A DNA stretch of 39,782 nt from a virus (IMGVR_UViG_2687453623_000005); one strand, 5' to 3'. Positions 8,982 through 18,797 are shown, numbered from the stretch's first letter. Numbers and translations: made by a program. The notes: a model not told the origin generated them from the sequence alone.

Positions 8982-9941
8982 ATGAAAATTTGTATCGACG
9001 ACGGCTCCACCAACATCAAGCTGGCATGGACTGAGAATGGCGAACGCCGCAACGCCATCAGCCCGAACAGCTTCAAGTCGGAATGGTCTGCGCCGTTCGG
9101 TGGCATGCAGCCCGCGAACTACATGCTTGATGGCGTGCGCTATGGTTTTGATCCGGTTAGCGATCGCTTTGTCCAGACGACCGACACGCAATACCAGTAC
9201 AGCGATGTGAATGTAATCGCCATTCATCACGCGCTGGTCAAATCAGGCATCACGCCACAGGAGGTGGATGTGGTTGTCACCCTGCCACTGAGCGAGTATT
9301 TCGACACAAACGCACAGCCGGACATGGCCAACATCAACCGCAAAAAAGCGAACGTTATGCGCCCGGTGGAATACCAGAACGGCGAAGCATTCACTATCCG
9401 TAACGTGCGGGTTATGCCTGAATCCATTCCGGCTGGCTTTAAAGCACTGGCTGACATGAGTCCGTTTGAATCCCTGCTGATTGTGGATTTAGGCGGAACC
9501 ACGCTGGATGTGGCAAAGGTTCAAGGGCAACTGGCAGGTATCAGCCAGGTGTTTTGCGATCCACACGTAGGCGTTTCCCTGATGGCCGATGCCGTACTGT
9601 CGGTGATGGCCACTAACGGTATGCGCACCAGTCACCACATCGCCAATACCATTATCGAACATCGCCATGATGAAGCCTGGCTGCGCCAGCACATCCACAA
9701 TGACGCGCATTACGCCAGCCTGATGGCGGTTATTCGTGAAAAGGAAGAAACACTGAAACAACGCGTGATCCGCGCGCTGGCGGTTTTTTCGGGTTACGGG
9801 CGGGTGATGGTTGTCGGTGGAGGGGCGGAGATTGTGGCACCCGCTATCCGCGAAGTCTGCGGAGTTAATGCGACTTTCATCGCGGACGGGGTGCCACAGT
9901 TTGCTCTGGTTAATGGGCTGTACGCAATGGACAAGGAGTAA
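8982..9941 (+). CDS. parM: ParM/StbA-like actin-type segregation ATPase, 319 aa
   Basis: N-terminus MKICIDDGSTNIKLAW and later IVDLGGTTLD and VVGGGAE motifs align with plasmid R1 ParM as I recall it. Confidence 0.8.
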   Translation: MKICIDDGSTNIKLAWTENGERRNAISPNSFKSEWSAPFGGMQPANYMLDGVRYGFDPVSDRFVQTTDTQYQYSDVNVIAIHHALVKSGITPQEVDVVVTLPLSEYFDTNAQPDMANINRKKANVMRPVEYQNGEAFTIRNVRVMPESIPAGFKALADMSPFESLLIVDLGGTTLDVAKVQGQLAGISQVFCDPHVGVSLMADAVLSVMATNGMRTSHHIANTIIEHRHDEAWLRQHIHNDAHYASLMAVIREKEETLKQRVIRALAVFSGYGRVMVVGGGAEIVAPAIREVCGVNATFIADGVPQFALVNGLYAMDKE

Positions 9942-9945
9942 ACCA

Positions 9946-10260
9946 ATGACGACACCAACCAGACGGATAAGTTTCTATCTGAAGCCCGCCGCCGTCAAGA
10001 GTGAACAGGAGGCGTGCAATTACCTCGATAGCCTGCCAGCCTCCGAACGCAGCCGCGCGCAACGCGCGGCCTTTCTGGCTGGGCTAGCGCTCATAAAGCG
10101 CAACCCAGCATTTGCCTACTGGATGGCCGAATGGCCAGAGGACAACCTCCCCTTCAATACCGTTAGCATCAAGGAAACATACCAGGATAATCAGCCTAGC
10201 GGAGTTGAATGCAATTTTTATAAAATAAAAAAGAATATTCAGACCTTATTCCCAGAATAA
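9946..10260 (+). CDS. parR: ParR-like centromere-binding adaptor, 104 aa
   Basis: N-terminal segment ISFYLKPAAV...LDSLPASERSRAQRAAFLAGLAL resembles R1 ParR. ATG at 9946 with AGGAG ribosome-binding site. Confidence 0.7.
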   Translation: MTTPTRRISFYLKPAAVKSEQEACNYLDSLPASERSRAQRAAFLAGLALIKRNPAFAYWMAEWPEDNLPFNTVSIKETYQDNQPSGVECNFYKIKKNIQTLFPE

Positions 10261-10343
10261 TCTGATAATTGTATGTGAACTAATAAAATACAGACCAACA
10301 CATCATTCTGGCACCCTTGCTAACAGGGTGCCAATGTTTCAAA

Positions 10344-11186
10344 TCATGATGAAATTGCCGAAGTTTTTTTATCGTGCTGAAGTACCGCAAATGCCATTAA
10401 AACCTCAAGAGAATAGCGGCGATAATACTTAACAAAACCATAATAAAATACTCGGGATGCAGCAATACAAAACAAGAGAAGAAAACAAAAAGGTAACAGT
10501 CTGATATTTATATCTATTAAAAAGGATAGAAGGAGCAGGAACATAAGCAACCAGACTGAAGCGAGAAAAACAAATGTAATGTTTCTACAAAAACCATACA
10601 AAGCAACATAGTTTTGCATTTTCACCTGATGATTTTTAGAATGTTCATACACATAATGATAAGCAAGGCGAAAAAGATCGCCCCTCAAGCCCTTACGTCG
10701 ATATAGCGTAGATACAGAAAAAACATTTATATAACCATCTCGTATTTGCGGCCAAAAGACTTTAATAAGTATAGAATGCAGTGTGGTTTTATGATGTTCT
10801 GCTTTATCAAAAGCTGATACAGGAAATAAAAAAACTCCACGAATAAAATTAACTATACTGAACTTAGTATTATGTCGTTTTATTTTCAGGGAGCTTCTTT
10901 TAGAAAACAGATAAATTGAAGGATACCCAAGTTTACTGTTCATGTATTTTTCAATTAAACAGGATGATAGAATAGATATGAAGTGACCTGAAATATATGA
11001 TAGAACGATTAATACCACATATATAAATACACTTATTATTTCTTTATATTTCAGGATATGGTTAAGAATACCTTCTATATAAACAGGGTTAATTTCAATA
11101 GAAAACAAAAAAAGGATAAACAGGAATAACCCACCTGGAATTAGATAGCCCAAAAAGTCATAAAATGAAAACGGATTCTGTGTCAC
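10344..11186 (-). CDS. Polytopic membrane protein, 280 aa, unknown function, very AT-rich
   Basis: Multiple hydrophobic segments. GTG start preceded by GGGGGA. Downstream gene of a two-gene minus-strand operon. Confidence 0.6.
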   Translation of the reverse strand: MTQNPFSFYDFLGYLIPGGLFLFILFLFSIEINPVYIEGILNHILKYKEIISVFIYVVLIVLSYISGHFISILSSCLIEKYMNSKLGYPSIYLFSKRSSLKIKRHNTKFSIVNFIRGVFLFPVSAFDKAEHHKTTLHSILIKVFWPQIRDGYINVFSVSTLYRRKGLRGDLFRLAYHYVYEHSKNHQVKMQNYVALYGFCRNITFVFLASVWLLMFLLLLSFLIDINIRLLPFCFLLLFCIAASRVFYYGFVKYYRRYSLEVLMAFAVLQHDKKTSAISS

Positions 11187-11225
11187 ACTTCCCCCTGTGT
11201 TACTTGTAAATTAAAGGGTAAAACA

Positions 11226-11723
11226 TTATTTGTTTTTCCGTAAAGGATTAGCTTTCCATCTTCTTACTAACCATTCGAATTCTTGATATGTAGTATCCGA
11301 ATTAATGCTTTCTCTGATTGCTTTAATTAATGGCTCGGCAATATCATATGTCTCTACAACTGTTGTGTAAGATGTTCTTTTTATCATTTTTTCATCATAA
11401 ATACCTTCACGAATACTTACAGCAACTCGCTCGTAAAAATTTAAAATATATTGAAATTTTCGACGCTCGGCCATTTCTTCATCTGTTATTATGCAACCAT
11501 CACAAGGAAAAACATAAGAACGAAATGATTTGCCTGAACGATGCACTTGTTTCAGGGTATGCAATGACTCTATATATTGCATATCTTGCCGACTCTCAAA
11601 AAGAAAGTTGGCCGTTTGAGTTTTTTTTGCGGTACGCACATTGTAGATAATGGTTCCAATGGCAACCAAAACGCCAAGCAGAACAATAGCATTGCTGATG
11701 ATTTGTAGTGTTATTGGGTTCAT
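11226..11723 (-). CDS. Single-pass membrane protein, 165 aa: N-terminal TM helix plus soluble domain, unknown function
   Basis: N-terminus ITLQIISNAIVLLGVLVAIGTIIY is hydrophobic. Upstream gene of the operon. Confidence 0.6.
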   Translation of the reverse strand: MNPITLQIISNAIVLLGVLVAIGTIIYNVRTAKKTQTANFLFESRQDMQYIESLHTLKQVHRSGKSFRSYVFPCDGCIITDEEMAERRKFQYILNFYERVAVSIREGIYDEKMIKRTSYTTVVETYDIAEPLIKAIRESINSDTTYQEFEWLVRRWKANPLRKNK

Positions 11724-11743
11724 CCTATTTCATCCATAAAAAA

Positions 11744-11764
11744 GGCGGGGAGCAAATCCCCGCC
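11744..11764 (-). terminator. Hairpin GGCGGGGA-N5-TCCCCGCC with T-run on the minus strand; alternatively part of the cos region
   Basis: Seen directly. Partial resemblance to the G-rich P2/186 cohesive-end sequence. Confidence 0.35.
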
Positions 11765-11920
11765 TCATTAGAGGTCAACGTAGCTTAGAAACCATCAAAT
11801 TCATCATACATTTTTTTCATATCAACCCCCTCATAGAAATCATAACCACGTTTTGTGGTTTTTGTGACGTATAAACTACATCAAAGGCAAGCCACGGTCA
11901 AATATATAGGCATGCTTACC

Positions 11921-12019
11921 TGCACAAAAGTGCACAAATTTGCACAATTTTTTTGAACGACTTTTTACCCTTCCGGCCCGCATGGCGGCTGGATCCGTCA
12001 AGGATCCGTGCGTGCACAA
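11921..12019. repeat. Phased TGCACAA repeats (11921, 11931, 11941, 12013) plus a GGATCCGT direct repeat (11991, 12002)
   Basis: Seen directly; three copies at exact 10-bp spacing in a 700 bp non-coding stretch. Confidence 0.5.
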
Positions 12020-12446
12020 AAAAACGCGCTTTTTCTGCGCGCAGGTGACGGGGGAACAGCCCGCGTTTCAGGGGGTAAATAGCATTCCCTGAACGATGTC
12101 GCAGAGACACAACAGAATGGCCATATTTCTCACGCTGAGCATGAAAAAGGCGTGAGGGCTTTTGATTTGATGGGGTGAAAGGTAAGGCCGTCAAAATCGC
12201 ACTGAGGCAGCGAGAACATGCAGTCAACGCGGTGGAATTGCGTAAGAGTCTGACCGTCGATGGTGGCGATAAACTGGAAGGCGTCGTGAAATTATCTGAT
12301 TGATACAGGAGCTGGAGAGCCGGGGCATAAATTTTTTATGCCCCGGCGAAGCAGCAGACAAGCGAAGCGCGTCAGCGATACGGCACCTTGCCGACCATAC
12401 TTCATAAGTGCAAAATACGAGCAAAGAAATCAATGGAGGCTGTCTT

Positions 12447-12971
12447 ATGGTCATTAATTACAAGCAGTTAAGAGAAAAACGGGAGCAGGTAAAGGAGAGC
12501 TTTCGCCGCAATGAAGATCTGACCCCGCTTGTACGCCTTGCCCAGGGCATTGTTGATGCTTATGAAATCTCGCTGGAGCTGCCATCACAGACCTGGACAG
12601 ATAGCGACGGTAATCGCCAGCATTACGTTTCATGCGGACTGGAAGCAGCCGAAGGATTTCGCAGAATGCCTTTATCCCAGATCCCTGCCGCTACCCCCAA
12701 AGCACGGGGCAGCAATGATGAGCGAAAACTGACTTTTAGTATTGAAACGGTGGTTGACGACACACCTGGCGAAGTCGCGTTCGTGCACACTCCTGTTTCG
12801 ATCGCAATGTATAACGATGAAATACAGGTTCGCGTTAATAATAATATCGTGCCACTTAAAGAAGGTAATTCACCCTACACCACCGTTTGTGAAGCCATTC
12901 AATATTACGTTCTCTCTGAAATTGATAATCTCAAGCCTGACGGCACCCAGAAAATGGTTCAACTCTGGTAA
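12447..12971 (+). CDS. Hypothetical protein, 174 aa, between cos-like region and portal gene
   Basis: ATG at 12447 with GGAGG ribosome-binding site; followed by a bidirectional terminator. Confidence 0.55.
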   Translation: MVINYKQLREKREQVKESFRRNEDLTPLVRLAQGIVDAYEISLELPSQTWTDSDGNRQHYVSCGLEAAEGFRRMPLSQIPAATPKARGSNDERKLTFSIETVVDDTPGEVAFVHTPVSIAMYNDEIQVRVNNNIVPLKEGNSPYTTVCEAIQYYVLSEIDNLKPDGTQKMVQLW

Positions 12972-13002
12972 AAAGGACAGCCCCATCACGGGGCTGTTTT
13001 TT
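12971..13002. terminator. Bidirectional intrinsic terminator between the 174-aa gene and Q
   Basis: Hairpin CAGCCCC-N5-GGGGCTG flanked by an A-run and a T-run. Confidence 0.6.
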
Positions 13003-14032
13003 CATCAAGAAGAGCATAAGAGTTAAAACGGATCACCTCTTCGCCAAGCCAGTCATTGATGTGCTTCATAGCCTCCATAACGGGCATCAGCTCGTTAATT
13101 GCGTAAACCCGCGCTGCCTTCTCCACATCGCCAAACGCACTTTTTTCGCCCGGCATCGCCCCCATCAGTTGCGGCGGAACGCGGTGCGCAGCCAGCACAT
13201 CATCACGGGATGCCGCCTTAACATTCATGAATTCATCTTTTGCGGTGATCTGCTGGAACGGCAAAATTTGCACCCCCTCTTTGCCCCCGTTGGGCGCATG
13301 AATGAGCACGTTTTTAAACGCACCACCACCACGTGCCCCCTGTAGCGTTTCTTTCAGGGAGTCCATGCTTTCGCGGTTTACCTGCGCTGCACCGATGTAG
13401 ATGATGCACCCGGCGTGGGATCCGTTGTCGTAGTACAGTTTTCTGAACATGTCCGCCGAATGAGAAAGGCTGGCCGAGAGTAATGCGCCAAGATATTCCG
13501 GCATGCCGTAGATTTCCTGGTTAATATCCGGATTCATCAGGTGGCACACTTTGCCAGGACGAAACTGAAACGCGTCCTTGCCATCCTGCACATACCACCA
13601 TGATTCAAGATCGCTTCCGCGTCGCATGTATTTCGCCAGGGCGTGCCGTAATTTAAGCGGTTCGCCGAGCATATTGCTTCGAAGCTCAAGGAATGCGTTA
13701 CCGAACACAAACCAGTCCAGCGCCAGCGCCGAGAAATCCTGCCGGGAAAGCAGCGGGTGCGGGATGTAGCAACCGAGTAATACATTGCGCTTAAAGTAAA
13801 GCGCAGACTGATGCCAGGACGTTTGCCGGGCTGCTCTTGCCAGACCGTACCAGTCCACCGGGGTTTCATACCACCGCCCGTTATCAGCACAGTACATATT
13901 GTCCAGCAGGTCATGCCCGGTCAGGCGATAAGGACCATCAAATGTGAATGCACTGAGCGATGATTCTTTCCTGAGCGCATCAGCGAGATCAATGCGTGAA
14001 CTCATGCGCACTTTTTTATTTTTTCTGCTCAT
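12986..14032 (-). CDS. Q: Portal protein, P2 gpQ-like, 348 aa
   Basis: Size and position next to terminase P, divergent from the O-N-M-L operon. Confidence 0.9.
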   Translation of the reverse strand: MSRKNKKVRMSSRIDLADALRKESSLSAFTFDGPYRLTGHDLLDNMYCADNGRWYETPVDWYGLARAARQTSWHQSALYFKRNVLLGCYIPHPLLSRQDFSALALDWFVFGNAFLELRSNMLGEPLKLRHALAKYMRRGSDLESWWYVQDGKDAFQFRPGKVCHLMNPDINQEIYGMPEYLGALLSASLSHSADMFRKLYYDNGSHAGCIIYIGAAQVNRESMDSLKETLQGARGGGAFKNVLIHAPNGGKEGVQILPFQQITAKDEFMNVKAASRDDVLAAHRVPPQLMGAMPGEKSAFGDVEKAARVYAINELMPVMEAMKHINDWLGEEVIRFNSYALLDEKTAP

Positions 14033-15783
14033 CAGAACTCCATAACCATGAAACGCTCGTTTTCTCCTTCGCCGCCAATTGGTTCGTTAATGACAGCAAG
14101 CATGGTTGCCCACGCAAGGTCGCCGTGGCTGATCCCCCTCGCGCGGTCCGTTTCGTAAGTGATAAAGCCGCCCGGTGTTTTCACCTTACGCACGGCGTTA
14201 AAGGCCGCGACCAGCTCGCGTTCGGCGCGATCGTATTCCCACCGCCCGGCACGCATTATTTGCAGCATTTTCAGTACCAGCGACCGTTTTGATGACAGCG
14301 TGAAGGTGTACGGAATAGCAGCAGGGAAAAACCGCTTCACTATCTGATAAACAGCCTCCCCGTTCCCGCCCGTCACATCAATGCCGATGTGTTCCACGTT
14401 GTAGCGACACGTGAACTCTTCAATGACTCTGGCCTGTTCTTCAAACTCCAGCCCCTGAACGCGTCGCGTCTCCACCGTTCGAAAACGGCCGCCAGGAACA
14501 GCCGGAGGAACCACCACGGACACAGCGCCGCTGTCGCCGTTGCCACTACTGCCGTTTGCGTCATACCCAATCCATACCGGACGATTCCCCATCGGGCGGG
14601 GAGCAAAAGGTTTCCAGTCTTTCCAGTCGTCGTATCCGTCAACACCGCAGCCAATCAGGATATTCAGGTTAAATGCCGATTCCCCTTCGCGGACAAACTC
14701 ACACATATAGAGATTGAGGAACTCGTCTTCGGTGTTTTCATCACGAATTTCGTCGATATCGGTGTGTTTCCAGCCGTGATTAACCACATCTTCCAGCGTG
14801 ACAATTTGCCGCCACGTCCGGTCAGGGCAGATAAGCCCATTATGCAGCGTTTTCCAGTCCACAGAAAAACGCTGGCGTTTATGCGAGGCCTTTTTCTCGT
14901 TCCAGCGGTCGCCGTTCCAGTAGGCGTATGCCTCGTGCGTTTCGGTGGATGGCGTGGAGAAGTAGGTGCGCCGCAGTCCGCTGAGGGTTGCCATAGCGCC
15001 AGCCACCTTGCGCAGTTCAGCAAAGCGACTGACCCAGAAAAATTCATCAAAATAAAAATTGCCCGTATAGGACTGTGCCGACGCAGCAGAAGTGCCGAGA
15101 AAATGCAGCTCTGCGCCGTTGGAGAGGATGATTTTATCGCCCCCTTTCAGCTCCACATCAACTTCAGCCGCGGCCTTCTGAATAATGCTTTTAAACTGGA
15201 ACGCCTGACGACGCGACGCAGACAAAAAAATCTGGTTACGCTGGTAAGGTTGCGCCACATCGTCACGCAGCGCCATCAGCAGTGCTTCCTGTGCAAAATA
15301 CCAGGTCGCCCCAATCTGTCGGGATTTCAGGATCATCCTGTTACGTATCCCGGCTTCCCTGCAAAGGGTCAGGGAGTCAAACCAGCCCCGCTGATGCCAC
15401 TCCAGCCTGCTGATGATTTTTTCCCGCAGTGCGGCAATCTGTTCCGGCGTGAAATGATTTTTGAGTTTTTTCGCCCGGCCTTTCTTTCCTGCGGCCATCA
15501 CATCCGGCTGGCCATCATGCAGCTTTTTAAGCTGCCGGGTCAGCAGGTCTATTTCCTTAAAGTCACCGCCTGTTTTATTCTGTTTTTCAGTAAGCTGGAT
15601 GAGGCGCGCATCGATGGACTGCGTGACACGCTGCACGGGTGGCGTTTCATCCCACTGGTCACGTTTTTTCCACGCATAAATCGTGTTCGGGTTTATTCCC
15701 ATCAGACGTGATATTTCTGCGGGCGGATAACCCTGCCAGTAAAGTTGCCGCGCACGCTGGCGCACAAAAGCGTCCTGAATCAT
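14032..15783 (-). CDS. P: Terminase large (ATPase) subunit, P2 gpP-like, 583 aa
   Basis: Size and synteny with Q; stop of P overlaps start of Q. Confidence 0.9.
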   Translation of the reverse strand: MIQDAFVRQRARQLYWQGYPPAEISRLMGINPNTIYAWKKRDQWDETPPVQRVTQSIDARLIQLTEKQNKTGGDFKEIDLLTRQLKKLHDGQPDVMAAGKKGRAKKLKNHFTPEQIAALREKIISRLEWHQRGWFDSLTLCREAGIRNRMILKSRQIGATWYFAQEALLMALRDDVAQPYQRNQIFLSASRRQAFQFKSIIQKAAAEVDVELKGGDKIILSNGAELHFLGTSAASAQSYTGNFYFDEFFWVSRFAELRKVAGAMATLSGLRRTYFSTPSTETHEAYAYWNGDRWNEKKASHKRQRFSVDWKTLHNGLICPDRTWRQIVTLEDVVNHGWKHTDIDEIRDENTEDEFLNLYMCEFVREGESAFNLNILIGCGVDGYDDWKDWKPFAPRPMGNRPVWIGYDANGSSGNGDSGAVSVVVPPAVPGGRFRTVETRRVQGLEFEEQARVIEEFTCRYNVEHIGIDVTGGNGEAVYQIVKRFFPAAIPYTFTLSSKRSLVLKMLQIMRAGRWEYDRAERELVAAFNAVRKVKTPGGFITYETDRARGISHGDLAWATMLAVINEPIGGEGENERFMVMEF

Positions 15784-15937
15784 TGCTCCCCCTGAGTAAT
15801 TACAGGAAGATTACCCGCGCGCGAAACTGTTCTCCTTAACCCTCTGTTCTGACTGTTTTCTTACAACAAAAGCCCTTTGTATCAGCCTGTTACGCTTTGC
15901 CATCATGACTGAAGAACCAGTCAGAGGGGCAAAAACT

Positions 15938-16774
15938 ATGGCTAATGAAAAAAAGACATCCCGCAAAAAGTTTCGCGTGGCTGTCTCCGGATCAACTGTT
16001 GATGGCCGTGAAATCAGTCCGGTGCATCTGCGTGAAGCCGCCGAGAACTTCAACCCGGATGTTTACGCTGCCCGCGTGAACGTTGAGCACTATCTCTCGC
16101 CATGTCCGTCAAGCGAATTTTCCGCAATGGGCGATGTCACCGCACTGAGTACGGAAGACATTACGGAAGGTCCGCTGGCCGGACGTACTGCGCTGTATGC
16201 AGAAATCGAACCGACCGAGCGCATGAAGCAGCTTGTCGCTGACGGCAAGAAAATCTATTCCAGTATCGAACTGCACCCGCAGTTCTCCGTTAACGGGCGC
16301 GCCTATCTGGTCGGGCTGGCGATGACCGACACCCCGGCAAGCCTGGGCACTGAGCGCCTGAAATTCACGGCACAGCAACGTCAGGCGGTGATGACGTTCA
16401 ACAGTATCCAGGGTGAAGCACCGCTTATCTCCGAAGCCATCGAGTCTGAAATCATCGAAATGGCAGAACAACGCCAGGAAGAAGGCACCCAGTGGTTTAA
16501 CCGCGTAATGGGGATTATTGGTCGTGGCCGCAAAGCGGATGACGCCAGTTTCTCCCGAATTCAGGAAGCGGTGGAAGGCGTTGCAACGTCACAGGCCGAC
16601 ATTATCGACCGTTTTAATGTGCTGGAAACCCGCCATCAGCAGGACCGCCAGAAAATCACGTCACTGACCACAGAGCTGACAGCATTGAAGGAAAAACTGC
16701 GCACGCAGGACGGCGATCCGCAGAACCGCTTCACCGCAACGGGCGCAGCCTCCGACCAGCTGGCTGACTTCTGA
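15938..16774 (+). CDS. O: Capsid scaffolding protein, P2 gpO-like
   Basis: N-terminus KKFRVAVSGSTVDGREIS parallels P2 gpO. ATG at 15938 after AGAGGGG. Confidence 0.85.
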   Translation: MANEKKTSRKKFRVAVSGSTVDGREISPVHLREAAENFNPDVYAARVNVEHYLSPCPSSEFSAMGDVTALSTEDITEGPLAGRTALYAEIEPTERMKQLVADGKKIYSSIELHPQFSVNGRAYLVGLAMTDTPASLGTERLKFTAQQRQAVMTFNSIQGEAPLISEAIESEIIEMAEQRQEEGTQWFNRVMGIIGRGRKADDASFSRIQEAVEGVATSQADIIDRFNVLETRHQQDRQKITSLTTELTALKEKLRTQDGDPQNRFTATGAASDQLADF

Positions 16775-16797
16775 TAAGACAAAGGAGCAAATTTTTT

Positions 16798-17850
16798 ATG
16801 AATCTGGTGATGTCAGATATTACCCGCAACAAGCTGGGTTGCTATATGGCGCAGCAGGCGTCGCTTAACAATATCCCGGTATCTGCACTGGTATCGCGAT
16901 TTACCGTGGAACCCGCGGTGCAGCAGCGTTTTGAAAACGCCTCAAAGGAAAGTACCGAATTTACGAAAAGAATTAACGTGATCGGCGTGACCGACCAGAA
17001 AGGCGAAAAAATCCTCCTGGACACCACCGGGCCAATTGCGCGCACGAATAGCAGTTATGACGGCATCAAACGCCGTAACCCGAATAACGTGATCGATATG
17101 AAGTCTCGTCAGTACCAGTGCGAACAGGTGAACTACGATACCTTTATTTCGTACCCACAGCTTGATACCTGGGCGGCCCACAGCGATTTTCAGTCCCGTA
17201 TCAGTACACAGATCGCCCGGCAGGTAGCGCTTGATCGCATCATGATTGGCTTTAACGGCACATCCCACGCCTACGAGTCTGATTTTCACACCAACAAGCT
17301 GCTTCAGGACGTTAACGTGGGCTGGCTGGAGCACATCAGAACCGATGCCAGCGAGCGCGTAATGAATGACGTGACGCTGACCTCCCGCAACATGGACAAC
17401 ACTGTGGCGCACGCGGGTAAGTATGCGAATGCCGATGCTCTGGTACAGGATGCGCGCTCATCCCTGCTGGATGAATGGCACAAGGAAGCTGACGACCTCG
17501 CGGTGATTATGGGGCGCAACCTGTTTAACTCGCTGCGTCTGCCCGTGCTGAACAGCATCAGCGGCCAGAATCCCAATGCGGAATTACTTGCCGGGCAGCT
17601 CATCCTGTCATCGCGCACCATTGGCGGGCTGGGCGTGTTCCTTGCGCCGTTCTTCCCGGATGCAACGATGCTTATCACCTCGTTCAACAACCTGTCGATT
17701 TACTGGCAGAAAGGTTCAATGCGTCGCCTGATGAAAGACGAGCCGGAATACAACCGCATCGCCACCTACCAGTCCATCAATGACGCTTATGTCGTTGAAG
17801 ACTATGGCAAGTGCGCGATGGTCACTGGCCTGAAGTTCGCCGACAGCTAA
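16798..17850 (+). CDS. N: Major capsid protein, P2 gpN-like, 350 aa
   Basis: FTVEP and NLSIY motifs match P2 gpN as recalled. Confidence 0.9.
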   Translation: MNLVMSDITRNKLGCYMAQQASLNNIPVSALVSRFTVEPAVQQRFENASKESTEFTKRINVIGVTDQKGEKILLDTTGPIARTNSSYDGIKRRNPNNVIDMKSRQYQCEQVNYDTFISYPQLDTWAAHSDFQSRISTQIARQVALDRIMIGFNGTSHAYESDFHTNKLLQDVNVGWLEHIRTDASERVMNDVTLTSRNMDNTVAHAGKYANADALVQDARSSLLDEWHKEADDLAVIMGRNLFNSLRLPVLNSISGQNPNAELLAGQLILSSRTIGGLGVFLAPFFPDATMLITSFNNLSIYWQKGSMRRLMKDEPEYNRIATYQSINDAYVVEDYGKCAMVTGLKFADS

Positions 17851-17895
17851 TCAACTCACGGCGGGCATCATGCCCGCCTGTAACGGAGAGAAAAA

Positions 17896-18696
17896 ATGAT
17901 TACTCCTGCACAACAACACTGGCAGAACGTGATGGCACAGCGCGCAGGCCGGGCGAATGAAGGTGTGGACCACGCCGCGTGTACCGCGCATGAAGAGGTG
18001 CTGTATCGTCTGCGTCTGGCACAGGCCAGGCTAAAGGCCATACAGGCCAGAAGCGCGAAAGCCGCCATCAAAAAAGAGTTGTTGCCGGACTTTTCCGGCT
18101 GGATTGAGGGAACGCTGGAGGCTGACGGCGGGCAACAGGACGAAGTAATTGCCACGCTGATGGTGTGGGCGATTGACTGCGGCGATCTTCCGCTGGCGCT
18201 GCGTATTGGTGCATATGTGGTCCGTCACAACCTCATCATGCCGGATAACTTTGGCCGTACTGCTGCCACGGTACTGACCGAAGAAATCTGCAACCCGGTA
18301 CTGACGCAGGCTGGGACGGATGCCGACGCGGATTTATCCGCCTTTATCGAACCACTGGACACACTTTGGGAAATTATCGCCAACCAGGACATGCCGGACG
18401 AAGTGCGCGCCAAATTATGCAAGGCGTGTGCCTTTGCCCGTCGTGGCCTGACCGATGCAGACAACATGGCCTCATCACTGAAGCTGCTGCGCGAAGCGAT
18501 GCACCTGAACCCGAACGCAGGTGTGAAACGCGAGATTGCAACCCTTTCCCGCGCCCTGAAAAAAGCCGATTCCGCAGCCGAACCAGAAGACGCCAGCGCA
18601 CAGCAGGCGCAGGACGAAAGCAGCAAAAGTAAAAAGACAACGCGGAAGCCTGCAACACGAAAAACCACCGCGACGCAGAAGGCAAAGCGCGGTTAA
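17896..18696 (+). CDS. M: Terminase small/endonuclease subunit, P2 gpM-like, 266 aa
   Basis: PDEVRAKL motif and basic C-terminal tail resemble P2 gpM. Confidence 0.85.
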   Translation: MITPAQQHWQNVMAQRAGRANEGVDHAACTAHEEVLYRLRLAQARLKAIQARSAKAAIKKELLPDFSGWIEGTLEADGGQQDEVIATLMVWAIDCGDLPLALRIGAYVVRHNLIMPDNFGRTAATVLTEEICNPVLTQAGTDADADLSAFIEPLDTLWEIIANQDMPDEVRAKLCKACAFARRGLTDADNMASSLKLLREAMHLNPNAGVKREIATLSRALKKADSAAEPEDASAQQAQDESSKSKKTTRKPATRKTTATQKAKRG

Positions 18697-18797
18697 CGAC
18701 TGACCCCGTCAGCGGGCGGCGTGCGCGGTGTTCCGGTTTGACTCCGTGACCGTTTACACCGCGCACCCACCGCCCGATTTTTTCAGGAGTGAACCCC

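Noticed and set aside
11916-12454. Minus-strand ORFs of 103 and 76 aa in the cos-like region
   Set aside because: Arg-rich translations with no start context, overlapping the phased-repeat non-coding stretch.
14389-15711. 440-aa plus-strand ORF
   Set aside because: Lies entirely antisense to the terminase large subunit gene; long open antisense frames are expected in GC-rich coding DNA, and it has no ribosome-binding site or recognisable motif.
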